DNA of 62,937 nt, the filler included, from Octopus bimaculoides (taxonomy: Eukaryota), in assembly GCF_001194135.2 (NCBI RefSeq). It is 6 parts of 6 records of this genome, joined end to end, with 100 filler letters (N's around TTAATTAATTAA, not from the genome) between each part and the next. Parts side by side here need not be neighbours in the genome. Positions count along the whole stretch, not along the records: positions 5,472 to 17,787 come from NC_068983.1; positions 17,888 to 40,831 come from NC_068982.1; 4 more parts are not named here. One strand, 5' to 3'. This document shows positions 12,556 to 25,435 of the stretch, in pieces (the stretch's first letter is position 1; every line of letters starts with the position of its first letter). A program made the translations under genes and the position numbers. The notes under the pieces are model-generated. The model worked only from the letters and a program-made list of their open reading frames with translations. It was not told where the DNA came from and ran no database searches.

Positions 12556-13680
12556 ACATGATACAAGTGATACTCAAGGATTATCATGTATACATTCAAG
12601 CAAAATGATAGCAGCTATTGTAAAACAAATTGAAACATATACGTTATGAACAAAGATTGCCTTGAAAGAGAGGTGGAAAAAAGTAGCCAAAGCAGTTTTC
12701 ATTTTGGTTATTAATGATGATGATGTTTAACTGCAGCAGAGCTCTAATCAAGTAGAAAAATGATCAAAGACATTTCAACAGTGTTCATCCCATATTTTAG
12801 AGATACCCAAGAATAAATTATCCAATTTGTCCTTTGCCTTTTCAGTGGGGTAGCAGATTGTGATTCAAAGGAGATTGTGATACTATTTCTAGCATGTTAA
12901 GTGATAGAAGGCTACTTTAGCTCAAATTCTTTTTCTTTTTATTAGTTATGTTTAAAGAAAAGGGCACTGTCCATGACCTTTGCAAGCCCTCCAAAACAAG
13001 TGGGACTGGTGTCATTAATATTCCACTTTAAGTGTTGTAGTCAACAACAGTATAAATGCCATATGTTGAATAGTATTTCCAGAGGAAAGATATTCTGGAG
13101 AAAAACATCTGGGCAAACTGGTTAGATGGATACAACACAGGTCATGGGAGAGGAAGAGACAGCTGAGCCATGAGAGTATGAGTGGATGAGAAACATGACT
13201 GCCAGTTCTAGTAACAATAGAGAGGGTAGTGAGAGGAGGCAACAGACCTGTAGGCTATGACTGTAACATACCTGTGATGGACTTCAGTCATAGCCTTTCT
13301 ATGGACATGATCAAGGCTGTTTTTAAGTGTAACATCACCATATCAGATGTGGAAGCAGTACTTACGGATTTCATCTAAATGTTGCAGAGGGTAAGTGGTT
13401 GTTGGAGGCTGAAGTATTTTTTGGCTCTGAAGAGGAAGGCTAATCTTTGCTATATTAAATGTCTTGCCAGGAGAAATCCTCAGTGACAGTAGAGGCCTAG
13501 CATTTGGAAAAATTGCAAGGGCTCTGTTAATATTTAGAGGAGAAACAAAATCATGTGCTTTGTGCCCAAGCACAACAGAAGAACTGTAGTATGATTTGAA
13601 CTCATAAATATGACATGAAGTCAAGTTATTAAGTCTGGCTTCAGCTACTAAAATATATATATCTGTAAGAACCTTTCAAC

Positions 13681-14000
13681 ATGACTCCTAATACTATGAT
13701 TGCCACTACCTTCAATAAAAACTACTATCAACTTCATCATCATTCTCACCACCACTACTACCACTGCAACCATCACCTATGTCACTTCATCATTATTAAT
13801 ATTGTCTCTATTACTACTTACATCCTCACCACCATCACCATTATTAACACATTCATTACCACAGTCAATATCCTCCTCATCTTAATCAATACCAATACCT
13901 TTAATACAAACACCACCATCATTTACAAGCACCACTTCAATCACTACCACAACCTTAACTACCATGATCATCACTCCTCACCATCTTACTATGACCATTT
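13681..14000. repeat. Degenerate CAT/CAC/TAC low-complexity region
   Basis: Triplet-rich sequence that produces the spurious H/T/I-rich ORFs in the track. Confidence 0.8.
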
Positions 14001-14422
14001 CTCTCTAACACCCCTTCACCAAGGAGGGCACCTCTGCATGGTTGTTTAGCTGCCTAGAAATAATAGTTAAATCTCCCTCAAATCACAACCTTTTATTTTA
14101 AATGACAACAAACCACACTAGATTACACAATCCTACATACTTCTAAAAAGATGTAACGGTCACAACTTGATTAAGGTTGACTTAGGGCTTAACAACAACC
14201 ATCAACAATATTTTTAACTAACATCATCATTCACAATCACATGAAACCCACCACTAATGTTGTCTACATAAAAATCTCTTTCATAATATACCAAATCACA
14301 TCTCCACAATTTTTGGCATCAACTCCTACATTCTACACAAGCAATTTACTAAAGACAAGAGACAGAGTAATTACAGTAATTTACCATTCCATAAAACAAT
14401 ATAAGTTCAATTGAGAACTTAC

Positions 14423-14505
14423 CAAATATGTAGAAAATCAGGACTGAAGTGGATAACACACCAGTGCTTGATACTAAAAGAAAAATTGTCCTCTTACGAC
14501 CAAAC
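14423..14505 (-). CDS. SLC22-like transporter internal exon (TM8-TM9 loop and TM9)
   Basis: atatttcacag / GTAAGT boundaries, 83 bp, phase 2 to 1; (R)FGRKRTIFLLVSSTGVLSTSVLIFYIF(E); MFS motif-A-like RFGRK. Confidence 0.92.
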
Positions 14506-14569
14506 CTGTGAAATATTAAACACCAAACTTTAGTTATGTGGATAACGGTTTCAAATAGATTAACAGGTT

Positions 14570-14770
14570 AATATTGGTTTCACAATTTGGCACAAGCCCA
14601 GCAATTTCGAGGGAGGGGGTAAGTTGATTACACTCACTCCAGTGCCCAACTGGTACTTATTTTATTGACCCAAAACAGAGGAAAGGCAAGGTCGACCTCA
14701 GTGGAATTAAAGCCCAGAATGTGAAGACAGACAAAATATTGCTAGGCATTTTGCCCAGCATGGTAACGAT
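14570..14770 (-). mobile_element. Meta-core SINE
   Basis: Plus strand ...GGAAAGGCAAGGTCGACCTC... is the reverse complement of the shared core. Confidence 0.75.
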
Positions 14771-14784
14771 TCTGTGTATGCATG

Positions 14785-14826
<42 letters not shown>

Positions 14827-15373
14827 ATATATATATATATATATATATANNNNNNNNNNNNNNNNNNNNNNNNNNNNNNNNNNNNNNNNNNNNNNNNNNN
14901 NNNNNNNNNNNNNNNNNNNNNNNNNNNNNNNNNNNNNNNNNNNNNNNNNNNNNNNNNNNNNNNNNNNNNNNNNNNNNNNNNNNNNNNNNNNNNNNNNNNN
15001 NNNNNNNNNNNNNNNNNNNNNNNNNNNNNNNNNNNNNNNNNNNNNNNNNNNNNNNNNNNNNNNNNNNNNNNNNNNNNNNNNNNNNNNNNNNNNNNNNNNN
15101 NNNNNNNNNNNNNNNNNNNNNNNNNNNNNNNNNNNNNNNNNNNNNNNNNNNNNNNNNNNNNNNNNNNNNNNNNNNNNNNNNNNNNNNNNNNNNNNNNNNN
15201 NNNNNNNNNNNNNNNNNNNNNNNNNNNNNNNNNNNNNNNNNNNNNNNNNNNNNNNNNNNNNNNNNNNNNNNNNNNNNNNNNNNNNNTTATACATTAATCC
15301 CTCTTTTTGTAAGCAGTTGTATCCGTAAAAATTTTATTAGCAGAGTAGAAATTGAACGAAGATATATGAAATG

Positions 15374-15411
<38 letters not shown>

Positions 15412-16221
15412 CGCGCGTGCGTGTGTGTGCGTGTGTGTGTGTGCACGTGCGCATGTGTATGTGTCTACAATAGTTGATTTATGGAAAAGATTGTTAAATT
15501 TTTGAAATGCAAATATGTGAATGAAAATTAAGTTCAGACCTCTACATGGTAGCTAGACCTGGTAGAAATAGCAACCAAATCTCCCTCAAAACACCCTACT
15601 GTCTTAATCCGACAATTCTGCCTATTATGTAGTTTGAATGAGAAACTGTAAGTGAAAGAAGAGAGACAGCATAGCGAAAGCTTTGGCTGACTGTCATCCC
15701 GTACTCCCCTTGTTGCAGCGAAATGGTATACGATCAATGGCCGGACAAGTGTAAAGGAAAGGCGATCTTTTGAAGTTCTTTTGAAGTTGTGGTGAGAGGA
15801 GAGAATTGATGTGCATGCGTATGTCTGTGTGTATATATGTATGAATGGCTTCAGTGACACACACTCACATACATGCACGCAGGTTGTTTTAATCGATTTT
15901 CTCTGTAAGTATGGGGGCTAGGAAAAAATAGAAAGCGTGTTCCAATCTATGCACCCGTCTCCTCATGTGTGCCATTTTTCATGCAAATCCACCCAGCCGT
16001 TTCGCCGTGAACCTCAAGACAAGAAAGAATACAACGCTCGACCAACTTCAATTTATATTATAGGTATATATATATACATACATATACAAATATATACATG
16101 TACATATATATGCACATACACACACACACACATATACATATATATATTATTACAAATATATAAATACATATATATACATACATATATATACATACATTTA
16201 TACATATATATATACATACAC

Positions 16222-16256
<35 letters not shown>

Positions 16257-17534
16257 CACATATATATACATACATATATAACTAATTTAGAGACAAACCA
16301 CCACTCTACAACTCAGTCAACTACGAACCCGTTGAAAACCATGCTGTGAGGCATATACCATATCAATATTTATCTAAGATTTTAATCTAAAATTTTAATA
16401 ATTTTAATAATATATAATATATCATACAAAGAAATATTCATCATAAAAATATTAATTTAAAAATCAAATAAATTATAAATAGGACAGTAAAAATTAATAC
16501 AATAATATAATGTGTGAAAGTATAAATGTATAAAAGTCTGTGCTAGTACATAGACTACGCGCGTTTCATGGCTGAAATGGGACTATATAAAATCATAAGC
16601 AAATTCTATACAAGTTCATTAGAACATGGAAATGATTTTACTCCCAAAATCAGTCACTTTTCAGGTCAAATTCCTTTAAAAAAATACCTAAAATCATTCA
16701 AGAATAAACATAAACATGAGAAATAAAAATATATATAAAGAGACAAAACCTGTAAACTAATCCCTACATTAACGGTATTAATATAATTATTAAGAGTTAC
16801 AATCTAAAAATATTGAAAAAGAGTATTATAGTGAACAAGGTTAAATCATTATGGAAGAAGTAAATAATAGTAGAAAAATGTGTTAGTGTATAAAGTTAAT
16901 AAGAAACGTATGTCAATATTATTTAGAAAATTAAAATTAGAAAACATGACTTATCTGCCGGTGAGTTACTGTAGATTAAACCAAAATGAGTGTACTATAG
17001 AATTTATACTGAAAGGTCATGTGATAAATATGGCGTCTATTACCCAGAGGTAAATGTGTATTATAATTACTAAAATAATAACGAAAATATCGAAAAAGAA
17101 AATTTACCTAAAATCAAAAGTTTATTGAAGATTAAAAATACTAAAATACTTAAAACTCTCAGATTTACGCAGAATAGTAACTATACCACATACGAAAATT
17201 ATATATTATGTAAATAATGCTATGAAACATTGTAAAAGACTGCTCATATTATCGTTGAATACTTTATAGTCAAAGGTAGTTATATGTTCTAATTTTGTAT
17301 AATATTGTGATGATTAAAGTGTATTCTAAAGCTAATTTGATGTATTTAGCACTACTGATCATAACTATAAGTTGGTGCTTTATCCTAGGTTTAAATAAAA
17401 CAATTAGTTATTTAAACTTATTATATAAGTAGTTTAATTTATGTCTGCATTTAATATTACGCTCATCGTGGGAGTTAATCAATTTTTTATTAGCTAATAA
17501 TATCTCTTTAAATTCGTTAGTACATAATAAGCAG

Positions 17535-17787
17535 AATTTATTCCCAGCTGGATGCCCTTCCTAACGCCAACCACTCAGAGAGTGTAGTGGGTGCTTTTAC
17601 GTGTCACCCGCACGAAAACGGCCACGCTCGAAATGGTGTCTTTTATGTGCCACCCGCACAAGAGCCAGTCCAGGGGCACTGGCAACGATCTCGCTCGAAA
17701 ACCCTACAAGGCCAGTCAGGTGGTACTGGCAATGGTCACGCTCAGGATGGTACATCTTATGTGCCACCCGCACAAGAGCCAGTCCAG
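17535..17787. repeat. GC-richer interspersed repeat fragment with an internal 114-bp-period duplication
   Basis: TTATGTGCCACCCGCACAAGAGCCAGTCCAG at 17643-17673 and 17757-17787; GGATGCCCTTCCTAACGCCAACC resembles a LINE/SINE 3' motif; truncated by a gap. Confidence 0.6.
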
Positions 17788-17831
17788 NNNNNNNNNNNNN
17801 NNNNNNNNNNNNNNNNNNNNNNNNNNNNNNN

Positions 17832-17843
17832 TTAATTAATTAA
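17832..17843. other. Artificial gap linker TTAATTAATTAA
   Basis: 44N-linker-44N. Confidence 0.95.
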
Positions 17844-17904
17844 NNNNNNNNNNNNNNNNNNNNNNNNNNNNNNNNNNNNNNNNNNNNTATATATATATAT
17901 ATAT

Positions 17905-18130
17905 GTATGTGTGTATATATTTGTGTGTCTGTGTTTTTCCCCCCTAACATTGCTTCACAACCGATGCTGGTGTGTTTACGTACCCGTAATATTAACGGTT
18001 CGGCAAAAGAGACCGATAGAATAAATACTAGGCTTACAAAGTATAAGTCCTGGGGTCGACTTGCTCGACTAAAGGCGGTGCTCCAGCATGGCCACAATCA
18101 AATAAGTGAAAGAAGTAAAAGAGTAAAAGA
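17905..18130 (+). mobile_element. 3' half of the microsatellite-bearing SINE
   Basis: CGGTTCGGCAAAAGAGACCGATAGAATA...GGCGGTGCTCCAGCATGGCC...(GTAAAAGA)n tail. Confidence 0.8.
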
Positions 18131-20642
18131 GTATATAAGTAACGCGCGCACAGGCACTTACGCGCGCACACTTATTAATAGGTACAAATACAATATTTTT
18201 AGGATTAATCAATACACGCTTCCATCGATTACACTATTAGGCAAATTAACAGACTAATTTAGTTCTCTACAATTTTGAGTATACTAAAATAACTAATATT
18301 CTTAGTATGGACAGGAAACGAGCAACTGGCCACAAATGAAGGGTTAATAAACGCTGAAACTTACCATCTCGTTCTCTCTTTATCTATATTTCTCTATTTT
18401 TCTTGCTATCTTTCTGTCTCCTTCTTTTAGGAACTGACAGAAAAACCTGAAATTTAGCTGTGATTTAACTTTTTATTGCTCGGTTAACCTCTGCGAATAT
18501 TAAAAGCGTACACTCGGGAGGACCTTACACACGCACACACACACGCGCGCGCGCTCACATATGTTGAAAATGTTCAATAAGTCTTACGTTTCTTTATTAT
18601 CAAATTAGAAATACATGGTAATGAAAAAAATCATGACGAGAAAATCACAAACAGGGACACCAATTATGTACAAATATATATGAATTCATGTACATACATA
18701 CATGCATTCATGCATGCATACATACATACATACATACATACATACATACATACATTTATATGAAGTTTTCCATTTTCGGTACTTTTGATAACAAAATAAC
18801 TAGCTTCGGTGTGCCAATAGTTTTAAAGAAATATTAACTAGAGAATGGTTTAGTGAATTTAAAACATGGACAACAAAATGTGATACAACGTTTTCGGGGG
18901 CCATAGATCAAGATTGGAACAAATAGAAAAAACATTCGAAAAATGTCAAAAAGTTATGTACAAGTAATTAGATGAATGGGTTGGGAATATAGTTGTTTCT
19001 TTTGACAGAGGTAATGAGAAGAAGATACTAAATAGACAACTCGTGCCTTTCGATTGAAGTAAAACAGAAAAAGAATTGACGGTGGATATATATGTAACAC
19101 AGAATGAAGAAAATTTGTAAGTTCTGGACTTCATAATTTAATGCTTCAACCCAATTTGTTGTCGAGGCTCAGGTCAAGAATGGTCTGGCAGAGACATAAC
19201 GAAAGATATTCTAGCCATAGCCAATCGCATCTATCTACGATTCGGATGTTTCTATAGTTGACAAGTAGATATATAAATTAATAGTGTGCGATGTGAGGAA
19301 GAAATGGCTGCTATTTCTGTAAAGTCGAACTACCATGTAGTGTTTTCCCTCGTTGGCTCATACACACTTGGGTGTGCTTTGAAGATACCTCTATCAACCC
19401 TAACAACCATACAGAGCTCTCTCTTGTACAAATATATATTAATAAGACTAGAGGGTCTGATTGAAAAAAAATTTAACCTATACTTAAAATATACACTAAT
19501 AGAACAGTTTTTATGATAGGAAGGAGATATGGGTGCTATTTCAAGCAGAGCGTGTAACAGAATAATCCTTCCTTGGTTGTCTGTCTTACTACGTAGAAGT
19601 ACCTCTTTAAAGAATCGAAATGATAATATAAACGTCACATCTCATATTTAGCCCTTCGTGTAAGTTAGAAATTATAATGACACATACTCTTAGATATCAC
19701 TAATAATAGTTTTCAGCAAAAACACAAAGTCAAAAATTTATGTGGGGTTAGGTGGGTTGATTAAATCTAATCAAGTACTTGATTGACATATTATTTTATC
19801 GAAAACTGGAAAGATGAAAGACAGAGTTGATGTCGGATGGATTTATAAATATGGAATCTGAACGCAAAGCCCCGGAAGAAATATTGTAAGGTATTATTTC
19901 CAACAATCGGACAAAATGAATGTTCCAATTTACTGTCCGGGGTATCATTAATTATCAATATCTATTTATAAATTAGACATTATTATAGTTGAGTTTAAAA
20001 TATATACGTATTATAAACACTATAGACACATGCATTCAAACAGACACAAACATACACATACATCTATGCATATATGTATTATACGTCTCATATCTTTAAA
20101 TTATTATTAATCTTCCACTGAGGAGGGAGCCGGCTTCCAACAAAGATACAAGACTCCATCTTCGGGATGTACTTAACACAGACAAATTCACATTTGGAGC
20201 TTGAGAAAAGTTTTGTATATTTTTACTGTTCCACTCACATATTGGAGTATGTATGCATGTATGTATGTATGTATGTATGTATGTATGTTTGCATACAAAA
20301 TTATGACACCTTAATATCATTTCTTCTGTGCTAAATAGTATCAACTGGTTATGAGTCCTCGCTGTGTGCTTTTTATTTCAGATATTTCCTCCTAAATGAA
20401 TTGTCTTCACTACATCTGGTGAGCACAATCTACCATTAACTACATATGGTAGCCGATGACTCTTCTGGATACATTTACCCTTCGACGAGTCTTGTTTTTC
20501 ATATTGCATGGTGTCCCCAAATCAACTTTCTCACCAAGCAAACTTGTGTAGTCGTCGGTTTAGTCACCGACGACCTCACCATGCAACAGGCTGAACTGGG
20601 GTAATGTTACTAGTAGGGCAAGAATGACCTGACATACATACA

Positions 20643-20676
<34 letters not shown>

Positions 20677-21608
20677 CATACATACATACATACATTTGTG
20701 TCTGTATTTATATACACACGCATATATAAAATTTTATTATTTTGCAGATGTTAGCCATTTAACTGCTGCCATTTTCTTCACTTAATTGATTGGTCTGTGA
20801 CCATTTTCTTTGCTACAAGTAAGATAGTAGTGACACTAGTGTTAACGATCTTCAACGGTTGCAAGTTGATTGAAAAAAAAATTTTCGTAAGATGATGGAG
20901 TGTGGGTCGGCAGAGTCTATGTAAACATAATGCGTAACGGACTGTCGCCAAGGAATGGGAACAACTATAGTAGAGATAGAAGAGGAAGAGAGAAGAGGCA
21001 GCATGACCGTGAGATCAAGGATGAAATATAGTGGCGAACGATTTCAGCCAATGAATCGTGTTACTCTTTTCTTTGGTTGCACTCTTAGATGCCAGTGCGA
21101 TTTAGCTGCTGCACCATTCCAAGTGTGAGAACAGTGTACCATTTATGAGTTTCAGCTAAGTTCTATAGAGAGCTTGCAGTTGATAAAGTTACTAAGTATT
21201 GTCTGGCATTAATAGTGCAGTCTTTGTAATGTAGTGTATGCTGCGTTAACGATGTGCGTTCGTCAGGAAAAACTCGCAGTGAATTTCTGACTATTTAATT
21301 ACATGTATAGTCAACCATGACTACATTTATACCACTGTTATTTTTATATAAGCTGATTATTGAATAAGCCTCATAATTTACTTAGTCATCATAAATAATA
21401 TGAAAATAGATAAAGTACGGGTATTAGATGTCAATATGTTATATATACAACAACCATCAATTTCTATTACATTCCAATATTTGATTCTTGATTTTCTGTC
21501 CATTTTCATGGGCTGAATTCCTCCCGGGGATTTTATAGAATGATTTCAGAAATATATTATTTTCATACTAAATATTAGCTTCCTCTTTTGTGTAGATATC
21601 TGAAAAGC

Positions 21609-21666
<58 letters not shown>

Positions 21667-22269
21667 CTCCTACACACATATAAATATATTTATATTTACG
21701 TACATACATATATGTGTGTGGAAGCATATGTGTATCCTTACAAATATATAAATATATTCAGTTGCGACTATATAAATTATATACAATTTATACACACAAA
21801 CACACATGTATACCTATACACATATATATTTACACGCACTCACAGACACACACACACATACACAAACACACACACAGACACACACATGTATATATTTATA
21901 TGCATGTGTTGTATATATATATAGATCTGTGAGTGTGTATATATACGCATATATATGCATATTTGTGTATGTGCACGTTGTATGTTCGCGTGTGCGTGTT
22001 TACAGGCATCTCTCTTTCTCTCTCGCACTGTGCGCTTATGTATGCATGTATGCATGTGTGTATGTATGTACACACACACACACATATATGTATATACACG
22101 CTATATACACACGTGAGCGCATACACATAAGGATTCACACACACAGCTATGTGACTCTGTGCGTATGTGTATTAAGAAGAGCCAGTGAAGTCTTTGAGAT
22201 ATCAATAAGCTGTTCCTTATCTCTAATCTGTCATTCAGTCTATTATTGCTTTTACTTTAAGTTTTTCCT

Positions 22270-22464
22270 TTATCGTTTTATTTTTTCATATTTTGTTTTG
22301 ATTTTCCTTGCTCTATCCATTATTTCTGTATTGCCAACGTCCTCATTTTTCAGACGATTTTGTTGTTGCTTTTGATTTCTAGCTACATTTCCTTGAAACT
22401 CTAAGAGACTAAGATGATATTCTAGTGAATACAAATACTTGAAGGCTTCGAAAACCGACCTCCA
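22270..22464 (-). CDS. Candidate terminal coding exon, unknown protein
   Basis: Acceptor tactttattatttag, then 64 open codons WRSVFEAFKYLYSLEYHL...KYEKIKR* in phase 0; the other two frames close early. Confidence 0.45.
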   Translation of the reverse strand, partial: WRSVFEAFKYLYSLEYHLSLLEFQGNVARNQKQQQNRLKNEDVGNTEIMDRARKIKTKYEKIKR

Positions 22465-22875
22465 CTAAATAATAAAGTAGACAGAGAGATATGACGGAGT
22501 AGGATAATAAAGTGAGAGAGAGAGAGAGAGAGGGGGGGGAGGAGAGACAAAGAGGGAGAAAGTAAGAGACAGTGAGGTATATATATATATCTATATGTGT
22601 GTGTGTCTCTCTATATATAATATACACATATATGTACAGATGCACACACACACATACAGATATATATGAATATATGCAAATATACATATATATGTATATA
22701 TTCATATCTATTCACATGCACACTCAAGAACACTCACACACACACGCACTCACACACACACATGCACTCACACACATATATACGTATATATATTTATACA
22801 TATATATATATAATATAGAACACATGTATGTCATATAATATGATATAATATAATATAATATATACATATATATAT

Positions 22876-22924
<49 letters not shown>

Positions 22925-23178
22925 NNNNNNNNNNNNNNNNNNNNNNNNNNNNNNNNNNNNNNNNNNNNNNNNNNNNNNNNNNNNNNNNNNNNNNNNNNNN
23001 NNNNNNNNNNNNNNNNNNNNNNNNNNNNNNNNNNNNNNNNNNNNNNNNNNNNNNNNNNNNNNNNNNNNNNNNNNNNNNNNNNNNNNNNNNNNNNNNNNNN
23101 NNNNNNNNNNNNATATATATATATATATATATACACATACAGACATATATACATACGTACATGCATACATACATTTAC

Positions 23179-23416
23179 CGTTTTTGAATTTCTTTTCGTT
23201 GCCCACGTTGCTTGGGACACCGTGAATGTTATCAAACTTCAGAATATTTTCATGGAAATCTATCACGAGTTTGATATGTTGAATATTCTTCACGTATTGA
23301 TGATTAATCATGTATGTATCAAGAATCTCAAGTATGTTTTCTTTGTGAAAAGCGGTGAGGATACTTAATCCAAAGGTGTCAAGTGATCTGAATTGAATCA
23401 ACCGCTGTGTTGAGCT
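23179..23416 (-). CDS. Candidate internal coding exon, unknown protein
   Basis: tgtgttttatag / GTAAAT boundaries, 238 bp, 79 codons SSTQRLIQFRSLDTFG...NEKKFKN(G); non-repetitive island between microsatellites. Confidence 0.55.
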
Positions 23417-23646
23417 CTATAAAACACAACGTCACCTTAATCATTGAGTCATCTTACAAATACACAACACAACGATTTTGAGTTCATTCCTTGCTATACT
23501 ACTGATGATACTAATTGACTACAATTGAGGTTCTTATACTTCACTTATAATTATATATAATACGATTCTCTCTCTACTTCTCTCATTATATGCTCTTCTT
23601 TCTTTCCCTTCCTTGTGTGTATCGCTCGTCTCTCTCTCTCTCTCTT

Positions 23647-23647
<1 letters not shown>

Positions 23648-23715
<68 letters not shown>
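23648..23715. repeat. (TAA)n microsatellite
   Basis: Direct reading. Confidence 0.95.
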
Positions 23716-23716
<1 letters not shown>

Positions 23717-23808
23717 TGACAACAAATGAATGAATGAATGAAACCTCGATATTATGTAAATAGAGGAATTTATCTATAATATAATACGTGACAATTAGTC
23801 GGTTGCCA

Positions 23809-23871
23809 TAATAAAACTCAGAGTTTCGGATGTCTGAGCGGAAGTCTGCTCCGGCATCTCGTCAGTTATTA
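23809..23871 (-). ncRNA. Type I hammerhead ribozyme motif (CUGACGA core)
   Basis: Mirror copy of 23917-23979; one of the two arm mismatches falls on the variable N7 of CUGANGA. Confidence 0.6.
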
Positions 23872-23916
23872 ACTTGTGTTAATAACAAATGAATAAAAAT
23901 GCATTTTTGTTTGTCT

Positions 23917-23979
23917 TAATAACTGATGAGATGCCGGAGCAGACTTCCGCTCAGACATCCGAAACTCTGAGTTTTATTA
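23917..23979 (+). ncRNA. Type I hammerhead ribozyme motif (CUGAUGA core, GUU site)
   Basis: Stem I TAATAA/TTATTA; CTGATGA 23923-23929; stem II GATG/CATC with an inner CGGA/TCCG hairpin; GAAA 23961-23964; palindromic stem III ACT-CTG-AGT; H17=U23973. Confidence 0.6.
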
Positions 23980-24684
23980 TGGCAACCGTCTAATTGTCAA
24001 ACAAACACGGTACATAGCTGCAAAACTAACACACACATACATAAGAACACATAAACACGGACACGCAAACACATGAATATGCAGAATACATACATACAAA
24101 TGTACACACATACATATATACATATGCACGCACACACATACATGCATACACACACATGCATACATACATAAATACATGCATGTGTATTCACACACACTAA
24201 CCCAGACACATGCGCAGAAATAAAAAAGAAGAACGCAGCGTGAATAACGGATAGACAAAATTATTGAAAAAGTTGCAGGATGCAACGAAAATTTTAGAAA
24301 AATAAAAGAGAAATGTAGAAATTTTTTCCGGTGAGTGTGTTAAATTATAAGGCACTAAATGAGAATGACTCTCCTCTGCCACAAGAGAATATATATACAT
24401 ATATATATATATATATATGCATATATATATATATATAATCATAAATATACAGGGATTAGCATGAGTTGCTTCTCCTACATACTGAAAATTTAGAAATAGC
24501 AGTCAAAGAACTACTGATTCCAAACTACAAATTTTTTTCTCTAACGGATGGCGATAGATTCTTTGGAGTGAAGTATTTGAACGTACTAGCCGATAAATTT
24601 TGTAAGTGCCTTCCTCATGTGTTTTTGATGTCGCATGGTCAAAATTCCCATGAGTTATATAGACACTTTCAGATTTGTTCGAAT

Positions 24685-24746
24685 ATTGGGCTGAAGATCG
24701 GAATAGAGTACCTTCATACTCTTAACCGTGAAACGTCGTACTCAAT
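24685..24746 (+). ncRNA. Minimal type I hammerhead ribozyme motif (CUGAAGA, GUA site)
   Basis: Stem I ATTGGG/CTCAAT (6 bp, one G-U); CTGAAGA 24691-24697; stem II CGG/CCG plus AGAGTA/TACTCT; GAAAC-GTC-GTA; predicted cut after 24740. Confidence 0.7.
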
Positions 24747-25399
24747 TAACTNNNNNNNNNNNNNNNNNNNNNNNNNNNNNNNNNNNNNNNNNNNNNNNNN
24801 NNNNNNNNNNNNNNNNNNNNNNNNNNNNNNNNNNNNNNNNNNNNNNNNNNNNNNNNNNNNNNNNNNNNNNNNNNNNNNNNNNNNNNNNNNNNNNNNNNNN
24901 NNNNNNNNNNNNNNNNNNNNNNNNNNNNNNNNNNNNNNNNNNNNNNNNNNNNNNNNNNNNNNNNNNNNNNNNNNNNNNNNNNNNNNNNNNNNNNNNNNNN
25001 NNNNNNNNNNNNNNNNNNNNNNNNNNNNNNNNNNNNNNNNNNNNNNNNNNNNNNNNNNNNNNNNNNNNNNNNNNNNNNNNNNNNNNNNNNNNNNNNNNNN
25101 NNNNNNNNNNNNNNNNNNNNNNNNNNNNNNNNNNNNNNNNNNNNNNNNNNNNNNNNNNNNNNNNNNNNNNNNNNNNNNNNNNNNNNNNNNNNNNNNNNNN
25201 NNNNNNNNNNNNNNNNNNNNNNNNNNNNNNNNNNNNNNNNNNNNNNNNNNNNNNNNNNNNNNNNNNNNNNNNNNNNNNNNNNNNNNNNNNNNNNNNNNNN
25301 NNNNNNNNNNNNNNNNNNNNNNNNNNNNNNNNNNNNNNNNNNNNNNNNNNNNNNNNNNNNNNNTATATATATATATATATCCACGCAGACATATATAAA

Positions 25400-25435
<36 letters not shown>

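Larger units (their letters stand above)
23789..23999. repeat. 84-bp inverted repeat (82/84 identical) with a 43-bp spacer
   Basis: Arms 23789-23872 and 23916-23999. Confidence 0.95.

Noticed and set aside
16270-17520. Very AT-rich block resembling a mitochondrial insertion
   Set aside because: Only vague ND/ATP6-like snippets; no motif could be aligned convincingly.
18362-18447. Minus-strand exon-like segment ending ATG|GTAAGT
   Set aside because: All frames closed and no linked coding exon; could be a UTR exon but unsupported.
20381-20818. Plus-strand splice-site pairs (about 20381-20417 and 20748-20818)
   Set aside because: The second is closed in all frames; chance splice-like pairs are expected in 63 kb.
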